A stretch of DNA of 64,000 nt, taken from Candidatus Hydrogenedentota bacterium. GTDB lineage: Bacteria; Hydrogenedentota; Hydrogenedentia; Hydrogenedentales; SLHB01. Where the stretch lies: the NCBI GenBank assembly GCA_963674865.2, contig CAXXYE010000011.1, forward strand, positions 256,001-320,000. The letters are read 5' to 3'. Under the pieces are notes generated by a model that had not been told where the DNA came from, did no database searches, and saw only the letters and a program-made list of their open reading frames with translations. Both the position numbers and the translations under genes were made by a program. This document shows, piece by piece, positions 1 to 10,321 of this stretch; the stretch's first letter is position 1, and every line of letters begins with the position of its first letter.

Positions 1-2571
1 GCACTACTCATGGAGAAGGTCGCGGTAGTCGAGGACGAGGACACGATCAAGTTGATGCCGGTGGACCTGCTCAGTGAGGTCGTGATCGATCTGCAGCCCG
101 GCGTGGCGAGCGAGATTTCGGCCGGGATCATCCGGCGCGTTGTCAACATCCGCTTCGCTTCCGTTTCCGAGATTGAGAAGCTTGTGAAACCGCTGCTCAG
201 CAAGAACGGTTCCGTCATCGCGGATCCTTCCTCCAAAAAGGTCATCATCACCGACACCGCCAGTCGCGTCACGAGTATTGAGGAAGTCATCGCCCAACTG
301 GACATTCTGGATACCGACGAGCGGCAAGTGAAGATATTCACGCTCAAACACGCCGATGCCGAAGAACTGGCGCCCCTGCTCAAGAGTGTCCTCGGCATTC
401 TGGCGCAGAAGGATGACGCGGGCGGCGGGCAGCAGCAGAAGGGCAAGCCTCCACAACCGCAGCCGCAGAAGAAGGGCCAGCAGCCTTCCCCCGGCCAGGG
501 CCTTCTCGACGTGGTGCCTTACAAGATTGCCAATTGGCTTGTTCTTGTGGCTCCCAAGGAGCTTATCGGGCCGGCCCAGTCCCTGGTTGAGGAGCTTGAT
601 CGCGAGAGGCCGCCCGAACTGACGCTTCGTGTTCTGCCTATCCAGTTCGCCGACGCTTCCGAGATCGCCGGGCAGCTCAAGCCAATTTTCCAGAAGCGTC
701 CGGAGAAGCGCCTCGAAGAAACCGTCGAAATCACCGCCCACGACCGCTCCAGCTCACTACTTATTCTCAGTTCGCAAGCGAACTTCGACCTTATCAAGAC
801 CGTTGTCGCGGAACTCGATACCGAGGAATCCGTTCAGGTGACTACCAAAACGTACCAACTCGCGTTTGCCGACGCCGAGGACATTTCCGAGCAGATGAAC
901 GAGTTGTATACGGGCCTCGAGCAGGAGGACGGCTACCGAGGCTATTACTATTGGTCGTACCGCTCCAGAATGCAGGACACGAAGACACGCTTTGTGCCCG
1001 AAACGCGTACGAACTCCGTGATCGCTATTGCGCGCCCCACCGAGTTTGCCAAGATCGACGACATGATCGAGAAACTCGATACGCCCATCGACTCCGAGCA
1101 GGCCGCGCCGAAGATCTTTCGCGTCAAGTATGTCGACGCGCAGGAACTTACTGAGGTGCTGAACCAGATCTTTGGCGTCGAGGATAGCAGCTCCAGTGGG
1201 GGCTATTACGACTACTGGTATGGAAATTACGGCAGCAAGGATGTTGAGGTCGGCCGCCTGTACGGCAAGGTAAGATTTGTTCCTGAGACGGCTACCAACG
1301 CCATCATCGTCACGACAAACAACAAAGAGAACTTCCCGGTTATCGAGCAGTTTATCAGGGAACTCGACCAGTTCAATCCGGACGCCGCCAACACGATGGT
1401 CGTCCCGCTCCAAAACGCGAAAGCGGAGGAACTCGCTGAACAACTCAACACCCTCTTCGCTCGTGAAGGCGCCCGCGCGCCCACGCAGAAAGAAGGCGAA
1501 GAGCAGCGCTCCTCGTTCTACGCTTGGCTTACGGGTGGGCAGAGCAAGACGGAGGAACGCGCCATAAGTAACCTCATCGGGCAAGTTCGCGTCGTTCCCG
1601 ACGCACGAACGAACGCGCTCACCATTACGACGGCCGTGCAGAACTTCGAACTTCTTCGGGAGATCATCGACAAACTGGACGTCGAATCGCCCAAAGTACT
1701 TGTGCGCGTCCGGCTTATCGAGGTTACCACAACGAAGGTGTCGCGAATCGGCACACGGTTCAGTTCCGACGAGAGCGTGTTTGAAAGCGATGATTTCGAC
1801 AACGGCCTGAAGTCAACGTTCGGACTGAATTGGGAAGAGATACACCGTGACGGCACGGTTGCGGCGAACATCGACATCGGCCTGCTCGTCCAGTTCATGC
1901 AACGCCACGCCGACACGCACATCCTCTCCGAGCCCACGCTCGTCATGAACAACAACCAAACCGCCAATATCTTTGTCGGTTCCCGTATCCCGTTCATCAC
2001 CAAGAGTCAGTCGACGCCGGAAGGGACGCTGAACCAGTCTTTCGAGTACAAGGACGCGGGCACCACCTTGAAGATTACGCCGAACATCAACACGGTTGAC
2101 AAGGTGGTGATGAAGGTGGAGTTGGAGTCCTCCCAAATCCGCCCTGGTGAAGTGCTCTTCGGCGGATTTATCATCGACTCGCGGCAGTTCAACACCGAGC
2201 TTGCCGTCGAGAGCGGTGAAACCATCGTGATAGGCGGGATCCGGCGTGAGAGCGACTCCGAAGCTGTTCGCCGCGTGCCGGTGTTGGGCCACATACCGAT
2301 CGTGAACCTTGCCTTCCGCAAGAAAGACACAAAGCGTGAGGCAACCGAGCTGATCGCGTTCATCACACCGAGCGTTCTGCGCGGTGGCGATTCGGACCGG
2401 GAGGTAACTCGAGAAGCGGTTGACCGCCTCGAAGTCATTCAGGACTGGCGAAATCCCCTTGAGAACATCACTGTCGACCCGAAAGATGGAGTAGCGGAGG
2501 AATTAGAACTGTCTGCCGAGGATTCCGACACAGCGCAACAGCGGCATAAGGGCAAGGGGCGGCGCAGATAG
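1..2571 (+). CDS. gspD: Type II secretion system secretin (GspD/PulD family), 5' end outside window
   Basis: Several Secretin_N repeats (e.g. KIFTLKHADAEELA, VLPIQFADASEIA, IFRVKYVDAQEL, VVPLQNAKAEELA). C-terminal secretin domain (ILSEPTLV...FEYKDAGTTLKITP...VPVLGHIPIV...TELIAFITP). Frame is open to position 1. Confidence 0.92.
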   Translation, partial: ALLMEKVAVVEDEDTIKLMPVDLLSEVVIDLQPGVASEISAGIIRRVVNIRFASVSEIEKLVKPLLSKNGSVIADPSSKKVIITDTASRVTSIEEVIAQLDILDTDERQVKIFTLKHADAEELAPLLKSVLGILAQKDDAGGGQQQKGKPPQPQPQKKGQQPSPGQGLLDVVPYKIANWLVLVAPKELIGPAQSLVEELDRERPPELTLRVLPIQFADASEIAGQLKPIFQKRPEKRLEETVEITAHDRSSSLLILSSQANFDLIKTVVAELDTEESVQVTTKTYQLAFADAEDISEQMNELYTGLEQEDGYRGYYYWSYRSRMQDTKTRFVPETRTNSVIAIARPTEFAKIDDMIEKLDTPIDSEQAAPKIFRVKYVDAQELTEVLNQIFGVEDSSSSGGYYDYWYGNYGSKDVEVGRLYGKVRFVPETATNAIIVTTNNKENFPVIEQFIRELDQFNPDAANTMVVPLQNAKAEELAEQLNTLFAREGARAPTQKEGEEQRSSFYAWLTGGQSKTEERAISNLIGQVRVVPDARTNALTITTAVQNFELLREIIDKLDVESPKVLVRVRLIEVTTTKVSRIGTRFSSDESVFESDDFDNGLKSTFGLNWEEIHRDGTVAANIDIGLLVQFMQRHADTHILSEPTLVMNNNQTANIFVGSRIPFITKSQSTPEGTLNQSFEYKDAGTTLKITPNINTVDKVVMKVELESSQIRPGEVLFGGFIIDSRQFNTELAVESGETIVIGGIRRESDSEAVRRVPVLGHIPIVNLAFRKKDTKREATELIAFITPSVLRGGDSDREVTREAVDRLEVIQDWRNPLENITVDPKDGVAEELELSAEDSDTAQQRHKGKGRRR

Positions 2572-2837
2572 AGGCAGAACCACTGAGAGCCGACGGACGT
2601 TCCGATTGTGCCGCCGTCTGTGTCGCGCCCTTGCCTATCTGCGTCTCGTGAAGTTTGCCGTCCGCCAAACCGCCGGGCCGGCCGATCCCGCCTGCGGCGG
2701 CCTGGCGCGCGGCGCCATGGGCTGGCCGGCAAAGATTGATATGCGCACGGAAGTCAGCAAGAATGAATTGCTGCATTCTGCGGCGGAGACGCCCTTGTCG
2801 CCGCTCAAGGACTGTCTTCCCAGAGAGGAACTCCAGG

Positions 2838-5330
2838 ATGAAATGGCTTGTGCAGTGTGTCTTCTTGTGTGTTGTGGCCCTTATTCACGCGGCGCCGTGC
2901 TCTTTCGCGGCGCCGCCGCTGCGTGACCTGGACGAGTCCGGCCTCGGAGAGTCTATCGTTCCGGACACTGCGCTGGGGGCTGTTATCATGGACCGCGAGA
3001 TGCGGCTCGCGGGCGAATACTCACTGCGCTTCGAGTTTGCCCAAGGAGAGCCCGTGCTCTGGCAATTGGCTGAGCCTGTCACTTGTCAGCCGGGCTCCCT
3101 GTACCTTCTCGAAGCGCGGATGCGCTGCTTTCTGCTTGGCTCCGCAGGATTCAAGCTGTTTGTCGAATGGCTCGACGCCGATGGCCGCCCAATCCACGTG
3201 AAGACCTTGTTCTGGGGACAGAAGGAGTACGAAGACACCAGCGACTGGATAGGCGCTACCGCCGGGTGGACTCCGGAGCGCCTTGTAGTTCGGGCGCCGG
3301 AGGACGCAGTGCGTGCCCGGATTGGATGCCGTCTCGAAAGCGTTCGTCCGGGACTGGAGCGCAAGAACCGGCGCTACGGGTGGGTGGACGCCTTGGCGTG
3401 GGGCGAGACCGTCGAGATGGACTTGCGCGGGGCCGCCGTTGGCAACGTCTTTCAGGACGAGGCTGTAAGCATGACTGCTACCGCCGGACATAGGCCGCCA
3501 ACAAAGGTAGCCTTCGAACTCTTTGACTTCTGGAACCAGTCCTTCGGCCGGTTTGAATGGGAGCCCGAAGGCTCCGGCGCGTCCTACCGCCTCCCACTGC
3601 CCGCGCTGGATCCCGGCTACTACGAACTGCGCTGGAGTGCCGATGCCCCGGATAATCTTCTGCCTCGCGCCGGCGTCACGAGCCTCTGCGTGCTGCGCCC
3701 CGCTGACGATGCAATACGCCCTGCCGCAGTAACTGTTGACGGCGCCCTCTCGTGGTTCTACCGCGGTGAGGACCTGGAAGAGGCCAGCGCCCTCTGCCGG
3801 AAGATAGGCATTCAGGTTATCCGCGACCGCATGAACTGGGATCAGGTGGAGAAGAAACGTGGCACATTCGATCCCGACTTCCTTGATGACAGCGCTACGA
3901 TCCAGCACGATGCGGGCCTTGACGTCTACCAAGACTTCACCAGCACGCCTCGCTGGGCCCTGAGCGACAATCCCCCCGTCAAATCCTTGCCCGACGATCC
4001 TCTCGACCTCTACCGCGTCATGGAGAACCTTACCCGTCATTTCCGCGGGCGGGTGGACTACTGGGAGCTTTGGAACGAGCCCTATCACGAGGCGAGCTTC
4101 CTGGGCCGCCCCGACGAGTACGTCACCTACCTGAAGGCAGCCTACCTCGGCTGCAAAGCGGGCAATCCCGATGCCGTCGTGCTTACGTGCTCGTTCAACA
4201 CGATTCCCACCCTCTGGTGCAAACGTGTCGTCGAAAACGGTGCGCTCGAATACGCCGACATCTACAACTTCCACAGCTACTCCCGTACCGACAACCTCAT
4301 CCGCGATATCGGCCTCCACAAGGAGGAAATGATCCGATGCGGCATCCACCTGCCGATGTGGCTCACCGAAGACGGCTGTAAGTCCCGCCGCAATGTTCAA
4401 GGCCTGCGGCTGGCCGGCGAGCAGAAGAGCGCCCGCTTTCTCGTTGAGCACGCCGCCATGTCTCTTGCCGAAGGGGTCGACCGCTACTTCTACTTCGCCC
4501 TGCCCAAGATGTGGGAGGGGGCCGAGGGACCTTGGGGGATCCTGCGCGATGACCGGACGCCTATGCCGGCCTACGTCGCCCTCGGCGTGGCCCGGGAGAT
4601 GCTCGGGCGGGGCCTGTTCCTGGACCGTGTCCATCTGAGGCCGGGCGACCTCGACGCCTACCTTTTCGATCGCGGAGATGGCACCGGCGTCCTTGTGGCT
4701 TTGCCCGACAAGCAGCGCCATGTCCGCGTGCCCGGCGCGGGCCCCGATTCCCGCGTCGTCGATATTATGGGCAACGACAAAGCCCTTCCCTTCATCATCA
4801 ACGAAAGCGGCGCTCTTGAGGTGGAAACCGGGCTCTTTCCCTTGTATGTCACTGATCTCGACACGCGTGCTTTCGATATCGATGAAGATGTAGACGCGTG
4901 GCCTCGCTTCGACCCCGCCGCTCGTCAGAATCCTGATGAGCGGAAAGTGTGGTTCCGCGTCGATGTGCGCGGGGCGGAGATGAAACCGGAAGGAGTGCCA
5001 CTCAGTGGCGAGCGTCGGGACGCCGTCTGGGCCTTGCGGGATCGGGCGCCCATCCCGTTTTCCATCATCGCCTACAACTTGTCTGACGATGCCGCGCCTT
5101 TTACCGTGGATCTGGCGCCCGAAGAGGGCCTTGGGATCGCGGGGCCTGTAAGCCTCACCATGACAATACCAGCGGGGCGAACGGCTACCTGCGCGGGTAG
5201 CGTCTTGACGGAGCACATGGCGCCCGGCGTCGAGTACCGCCTGGAATTCGCGGGAGAAGCCCCCGGTTTTCGCGTCGCCCCCGTGTACATCTATTTTAGG
5301 CTTCCCCCGGGCGACGAGCCTGCCGAATGA
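2838..5330 (+). CDS. Secreted clan GH-A glycoside hydrolase (GH39/GH5-like TIM barrel) with N-terminal CBM-like domain
   Basis: Signal peptide from ATG 2838 (GAGGA upstream). Acid/base motif YWELWNEP, NFHSY, nucleophile motif PMWLTE. Confidence 0.75.
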   Translation: MKWLVQCVFLCVVALIHAAPCSFAAPPLRDLDESGLGESIVPDTALGAVIMDREMRLAGEYSLRFEFAQGEPVLWQLAEPVTCQPGSLYLLEARMRCFLLGSAGFKLFVEWLDADGRPIHVKTLFWGQKEYEDTSDWIGATAGWTPERLVVRAPEDAVRARIGCRLESVRPGLERKNRRYGWVDALAWGETVEMDLRGAAVGNVFQDEAVSMTATAGHRPPTKVAFELFDFWNQSFGRFEWEPEGSGASYRLPLPALDPGYYELRWSADAPDNLLPRAGVTSLCVLRPADDAIRPAAVTVDGALSWFYRGEDLEEASALCRKIGIQVIRDRMNWDQVEKKRGTFDPDFLDDSATIQHDAGLDVYQDFTSTPRWALSDNPPVKSLPDDPLDLYRVMENLTRHFRGRVDYWELWNEPYHEASFLGRPDEYVTYLKAAYLGCKAGNPDAVVLTCSFNTIPTLWCKRVVENGALEYADIYNFHSYSRTDNLIRDIGLHKEEMIRCGIHLPMWLTEDGCKSRRNVQGLRLAGEQKSARFLVEHAAMSLAEGVDRYFYFALPKMWEGAEGPWGILRDDRTPMPAYVALGVAREMLGRGLFLDRVHLRPGDLDAYLFDRGDGTGVLVALPDKQRHVRVPGAGPDSRVVDIMGNDKALPFIINESGALEVETGLFPLYVTDLDTRAFDIDEDVDAWPRFDPAARQNPDERKVWFRVDVRGAEMKPEGVPLSGERRDAVWALRDRAPIPFSIIAYNLSDDAAPFTVDLAPEEGLGIAGPVSLTMTIPAGRTATCAGSVLTEHMAPGVEYRLEFAGEAPGFRVAPVYIYFRLPPGDEPAE

Positions 5331-5471
5331 AGAATCCCCAGCGCTGACAACTCCGTGTGAGCCATTCGAGAAAGCCGCGGCCGCTCAGTTATACTCTTAC
5401 CCGTACGCGCGTGAATTGCGACTGCATAAGGCTGGCACAACCAGGCTGCGAGCGACATCTGAGGCCATGAA

Positions 5472-6455
5472 TTGTTGAGATTGTGGCGATATATCCTGCC
5501 TGCGCTGCTTCTTCTGGCGCCATTCGCCGCTTCGGCCACCGAGACGGATCAGTATCTTACTTGGGGCGTCGAACTCGCCGATTCCACGGAGCCATTCAAC
5601 CGCTTCCTGAATGAGCAGGTGGAAGCGTTTCTTGTCAAAGCCAACAAGCGCGGCTGGAAGAACCGCTCCCGCGAGGAACTGACGCAAGATCTCTATCTCT
5701 ACCTGTTTCAGGGCCTTCACATGTCGCGCCTGCGCGGGTGGCTCAGGCATTCCGAAGAGGTCGACCGCTATCCCGACAAGTCCGTGTCATACCTCCGGTA
5801 CCAGCGCATGAGCATCTACCGGGCTCCTTCCTTCCCCTACATACTTCCCATGGCACGCACCGTCCGCCTTAACAATGTCTACCTAGGCATCGACAAGATA
5901 GGCCATGTGTTCGGCTTTGGGCGCCGCTACTACAAGCGTTACCTGAGGTATCGCGCCAAAGGCCTGTCCGATGAAGAGGCGACCGAACGGGTTATCCGCT
6001 GGGGCATTCACCTTGAGACGACCTTTGTGGGAACCCTTGTCGATGGTATTTTCTCCCGAGGCGACCTGGAGGCCGATTACCAGGGCTTTCTGCTGGCCAA
6101 GAATCTATGCGGCGGCGACGACCCCCACGTCGTCCAACAGGATGGCCGCTGGACGCTCGTCAGGCCCATTGACATTCGGCCCTACATTACGCCCCAGTTC
6201 GATGAATCCTATAACCGTTCTAGTTACTGGGGCTTACGCCGAAGGCACGTGCTCAGGGTGATGAAGAAGGAGTATTGGCCGAAGTTGTTTCAACCTGATG
6301 TGCAACAGCGATTTGCGGCCTACGATGAATGGGAGCCAAGCCTATCCAGCCGCATTCTTGCCGCGTACTACAGGGAGACGCCTAAACGTTTGAAATACAA
6401 GCAGTTCCTTGACGCATTGAGCGCCGCTTTAAGCTCGCGGGAGACGTCAGGCTGA
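5472..6455 (+). CDS. Secreted hypothetical protein
   Basis: 327-aa ORF with signal peptide (LLLLAPFAASA|TETDQY) and motif GIDKIGHVFGFG. No family recognised. Confidence 0.8.
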   Translation: MLRLWRYILPALLLLAPFAASATETDQYLTWGVELADSTEPFNRFLNEQVEAFLVKANKRGWKNRSREELTQDLYLYLFQGLHMSRLRGWLRHSEEVDRYPDKSVSYLRYQRMSIYRAPSFPYILPMARTVRLNNVYLGIDKIGHVFGFGRRYYKRYLRYRAKGLSDEEATERVIRWGIHLETTFVGTLVDGIFSRGDLEADYQGFLLAKNLCGGDDPHVVQQDGRWTLVRPIDIRPYITPQFDESYNRSSYWGLRRRHVLRVMKKEYWPKLFQPDVQQRFAAYDEWEPSLSSRILAAYYRETPKRLKYKQFLDALSAALSSRETSG

Positions 6456-6666
6456 ATATCGTGCCACTGCACTGCCCCGGGGCATGGCCCAGAGAGTTCC
6501 TCATCTGAAACGAGACATGTCCCAAGTAAACTGGCTCCTAACATGTCTTGCTCCAAGGGATTATGACGTGCCATCGGAGGTTTTGGCCGGCGGACTTGAA
6601 TAGAACCTGACGCAAATGTGTTATATTCTGTCGTCCGAGAGTTCAGGAAAGCGCCGCGAGAGCCCT

Positions 6667-7176
6667 ATGAAGACATCGACACAGAAAAGAGGCGTTTGGC
6701 TTCTTGCATTGCTCTTGCCGACCTTGCTCGTTACGGCCGGCGGGTGTCCTTCCAACGGCCAAAGTGACTCCGGACGCCGTATCTTTGTCATAAACCTTTT
6801 GCCGGGTGATATTTCGGCGCTCTATCTGGCTGCGCAGGATGACAACATTTGGGGTGAAAATCGCCTTGAGGCTCCCGTGACGCCCCGCGGATACGTGGAC
6901 TTCGTTCTTTTTGGCGAAGGGCCTCGGAAACTCAGGATTGTGTGTGACTCTGCCGTTAGCGAGGACCTGGCCAAGAGAGTTTTCACGCTTCACAATATGC
7001 GTGTGCCCCAGGAATGTACCCGCATCGTATACGTGTGCGGGCCTGATACTGGCGGCAGGCGCCGTGCTGCCGACGAGATAGCCATCGACAGCGAGACGGC
7101 GCGAACCTGGTGGTGGTACGACGTCGCCAATGTCTCCGGCATCGTCGAGTCACAGCCCACGCTAAGCCACCCCTGA
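6667..7176 (+). CDS. Putative lipoprotein
   Basis: MKTSTQKRGVWLLALLLPTLLVTAGG-C lipobox-like signal. Confidence 0.7.
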   Translation: MKTSTQKRGVWLLALLLPTLLVTAGGCPSNGQSDSGRRIFVINLLPGDISALYLAAQDDNIWGENRLEAPVTPRGYVDFVLFGEGPRKLRIVCDSAVSEDLAKRVFTLHNMRVPQECTRIVYVCGPDTGGRRRAADEIAIDSETARTWWWYDVANVSGIVESQPTLSHP

Positions 7177-7205
7177 TCCTTCCCGCGTTAGTGCACTGAC
7201 GGGCC

Positions 7206-9953
7206 TTACATGGCGGGATTCTGGGGCGCGAAGGCGCCCTGGGACTCGTACGAAACCTGTCTAACCGCCGCGGCAGCGCCCTTGCCGACGCCCCACGAGA
7301 TATACGAGCCCCGGGCCGGCTGCTTCCAGTCGATGATGAGGTCCGTGGGCATCGTCCCCAGCAATTCTGCGTCCCGGTAGATCTGCACGGCGGTGTCGGC
7401 ACGAACGGCCATCCGGTAGGCATGCGAAACGAACCCGTTCCGAAGCCCTTCTGCCAGCGTTACAAACGCGCCGTCGTACCAGTAGCGGACGGCGTCCGGC
7501 GTCACCGTCAACAGGTAGTGATTGGACGTCAATGCCCCGCCCCTGGCGAATGCTTCGAGGATGAAACCGGTGCCGTCCGGTGCGCCGTTGTTGATATCCA
7601 CCTGTGCCTCTACGGTGAAGCCCGTCCGTGCATCCAGCGCCGGCCAGCCGGAAGTCCGCTCGTTGGACCACTGCCCCGGGAACTCCTCATCAACCAGTAT
7701 GCCGCCTCCCGCGCCCCCCATCACAGCGCGTTGCACGGCCTGCTCGTCGCCCGAAAACCACCATGGGGGAGAGGCTTCGTGCGGTAGCCTTCTCTGGGCG
7801 TCATAGCATTGCGCTAGAAGTTCCCGACTCGGCAGCGATTTCGGCTGCGGGCCTTTGGGCGGCTCCGTTGTGCCCTCTTTCAGCCAGGCCAGGTTGAAAG
7901 CGTAGTGGTTGATGCTGCTTATCAGATGGATCACCCCGTCCGCGTCCTGACACGCCGAGAGATAGCCCTGTGGCTCGGAGCTGTCCGCGCTCATACGAAT
8001 CGGCCCGTCGTCGAGGGTCTTGCCCGCGTGGTCAGGCCCGCCATCGGTGATGATGCGGCGCACGGGCCATGTCTTCCCCTCGTCGAAGGAGACGGCCCCG
8101 AAGATGCTCGATATGTGACGGGGCGGGCGCTGATCATCCGGCACCGGTTTCGGGTCGTTCAAGTTGGCCGTGAAAGACGCGAAGAAGAGCGGCCCCTCCC
8201 GCAGGCGAAGCAGCGTGGGGCGTTGCCCGCTCGTGATGGGCGGCAGAACGCTTGGGCCGGCAGTCCACGTTTTCCCCATGTCCGAGGAGACGCTGGCGGG
8301 CATCCACCCATCCACATTCTCGCCTCGGCCCAGCGCGAAGAGACGCCCGTCGCTGAGTTCGGCGATACCGGCGTGGATACCGCGAATGTGGCCCCCCGGA
8401 TCGCTCCAGGTTGCGCCGCTGTCCCGGCTCACCCACACCGTAGAGCCACTCCCCGCGTCCGCGCCGAACACGAGCGCTCCTGATGCCGTCCGGAAGACCG
8501 GTTCACTGACCATCTGCCGGTAGCCGTGTTCCGGGACGATCAGCCGCGCCTTCGACCACGTCGCCCCGCTGTCTCGTGAGGTGCGCATCACGATGGCCAA
8601 CGGTTCCCACTTGCCCGCGACGCTCAGGCCGTTGAAGTGGTAGATGGTGTCCTGGCCGTCGTACCACAAGGCCGGGCAGTGGTCGTCTCGATCCGGTACA
8701 TCCCAGAACGTTGAGGCCGGCTCCCATTCCTCCTCGCCGTACCTCAGCCGGCTGGCCGCGACCGCCAGTTCACGCCCTCGCTCCTCGACACATGTGTACC
8801 AAACGGCCAGCAGGTCGCCGTTAGGACAATTGGTAATGGCGGTGTCGTGATTGTGGTGCGCGAACAGCGGCCCGTGCGCCCCCACCTTGATCTTCACATA
8901 CTGCCGCGGCCCCTTGAAGTAAGGCTTGTCGCTGTCCAACCCGTGCGTGCGCGGCCTGGACTCCTGCACCACGTTCAACTGATTCCGCGGCTTCGGGGGC
9001 GGCGGCAGCGGCGTGGTTGAGGGCGTGTCGCCGAGGGCCACGCGAAAGCCGATGAGCCAGTGCTTGTTCTCCGGCAAGGTGGCCATTCGATTGGCCGACC
9101 TGAGGAAATACAGGTTGGTTCCGTGGCTGCCTCCGCGCGTCACCTTGAAGTCACTGGCCGCCCGCCCGATCGGATCCGTTTCAGTCCAACCTGCGTAGGG
9201 GCCGTACCAGTCCAGGCACCATTCCTCCACGTTGCCGTGCATGTCGTATAAACCCCAGGGATTCGGCGGCGTCTTTCCCACCGTCAAGGGCACTCTGTCC
9301 TCGGCCTCCTCAAACGAGGTCCGGCGCGCGTTCCTGTGAAACACCGTCGGCAGCGAATCCCCCGTCCAGAACGCCGACGTCGTGCCCGCGCGGCAGGCGT
9401 ACTCCCACTCCGCCTCCGTAGGCAGCCGGTACGTCCGCCCCTCCTTCTCCGAGAGCCACGCACAGAATGCCGCGGCGTCATTCCAGTCCACGTAGACGAC
9501 CGCTTCGTCATCCTCATTCGAGAAGCCCATCTTCCCGCGCAGTGCTCGATGCGATGGAGCGAAACGCTCGAACTCGGCATTCGTGACCTCGTGGGCGCCC
9601 ATGAAGAACGACTTCGAGATCACCACCTCGTGAACCGGCCGCTCATCGAAATCGCCGTTGCGCACGTGGTCCAAGGTGAGTACGAACTGATCCGGATCCC
9701 CGCCGGGGAACTGCTCCACCATGGTTTCTCTGGTGGGATGACTCAACATGTCCGTTAGCGCGTGGGGGAGAGGTACGCTCTGTTCTCCCATGGTGAAGCG
9801 CCCCGCCTCGATGCGGACGAACTCCATCCCGAGGCTGTTGGTAAACTCCTCACCCGTCGGCAACTCTGCCGCGCACGCCCCAAACGCCCAGAGGCCCAAG
9901 GCGGCGGATGCAAGGACAATGTTTGACTTCGCTGCTTCTCCAAAGCGCATCAT
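7206..9953 (-). CDS. Secreted FGE-sulfatase (SUMF1-like) domain + BNR/sialidase-like beta-propeller + C-terminal beta-sandwich protein
   Basis: FGE-sulfatase motifs FTMG, EVTNAEF, RLPTEAEWEYACRAG, NPWGLYDMHGNVEEW, RGGS, IGFR. Asp-boxes SRDSGATW (x2), SSDMGKTW, SFDEGKTW. Confidence 0.88.
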   Translation of the reverse strand: MMRFGEAAKSNIVLASAALGLWAFGACAAELPTGEEFTNSLGMEFVRIEAGRFTMGEQSVPLPHALTDMLSHPTRETMVEQFPGGDPDQFVLTLDHVRNGDFDERPVHEVVISKSFFMGAHEVTNAEFERFAPSHRALRGKMGFSNEDDEAVVYVDWNDAAAFCAWLSEKEGRTYRLPTEAEWEYACRAGTTSAFWTGDSLPTVFHRNARRTSFEEAEDRVPLTVGKTPPNPWGLYDMHGNVEEWCLDWYGPYAGWTETDPIGRAASDFKVTRGGSHGTNLYFLRSANRMATLPENKHWLIGFRVALGDTPSTTPLPPPPKPRNQLNVVQESRPRTHGLDSDKPYFKGPRQYVKIKVGAHGPLFAHHNHDTAITNCPNGDLLAVWYTCVEERGRELAVAASRLRYGEEEWEPASTFWDVPDRDDHCPALWYDGQDTIYHFNGLSVAGKWEPLAIVMRTSRDSGATWSKARLIVPEHGYRQMVSEPVFRTASGALVFGADAGSGSTVWVSRDSGATWSDPGGHIRGIHAGIAELSDGRLFALGRGENVDGWMPASVSSDMGKTWTAGPSVLPPITSGQRPTLLRLREGPLFFASFTANLNDPKPVPDDQRPPRHISSIFGAVSFDEGKTWPVRRIITDGGPDHAGKTLDDGPIRMSADSSEPQGYLSACQDADGVIHLISSINHYAFNLAWLKEGTTEPPKGPQPKSLPSRELLAQCYDAQRRLPHEASPPWWFSGDEQAVQRAVMGGAGGGILVDEEFPGQWSNERTSGWPALDARTGFTVEAQVDINNGAPDGTGFILEAFARGGALTSNHYLLTVTPDAVRYWYDGAFVTLAEGLRNGFVSHAYRMAVRADTAVQIYRDAELLGTMPTDLIIDWKQPARGSYISWGVGKGAAAAVRQVSYESQGAFAPQNPAM

Positions 9954-10321
9954 TCTCTCCTGTTCTCAACTGCAAGCATCCGGTGCAAGGCTTGCGCTGC
10001 GATGGGCGCATCCGTAAGCAATGCATAAACGATCAGCACGAAATGTGGAATGGTTACCAGCAGCTCCAGAAAGAAGAAGGCCATGCCTGTCTGTGCAAAC
10101 GGCAGCAGCGCTACAAAGGGCAACGTCATCGCCAAGACGGCATACGCAATTCGGTGCTGCCGCCTGCCCATGCTCGCGCGGCATAGATTGCCCAGGCGCA
10201 GAAGATACCAGACAATCACCAAGTCCGCCAGCGTCCACGCCAGGCCTTCGACCCGCGTCCAAAGGAGGTACTGCTCAGGCGTGAACCAGCCGCCCGCCTT
10301 GGCAAGCCATTCCGTGAGCAT
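9950..10321 (-). CDS. Small integral membrane protein (paralog C of W-x3-[ED] trio)
   Basis: About 3 hydrophobic helices. Start overlaps the upstream stop (TGATG) and stop overlaps the downstream start (ATGA). Confidence 0.8.
   Translation of the reverse strand: MLTEWLAKAGGWFTPEQYLLWTRVEGLAWTLADLVIVWYLLRLGNLCRASMGRRQHRIAYAVLAMTLPFVALLPFAQTGMAFFFLELLVTIPHFVLIVYALLTDAPIAAQALHRMLAVENRRE

Noticed and set aside
3021..5216. 731-aa minus-strand ORF, and similar long shadow ORFs such as 34962-36425, 37509-38798 and 55447-56730
   Set aside because: They are antisense to well-supported genes and carry no motifs. Such shadows are expected from high-GC codon bias.
6511..6550. Inverted repeat cgagacatgt-N20-acatgtcttg as an operator
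   Set aside because: Single short imperfect repeat with no second copy or cognate regulator; could be chance.
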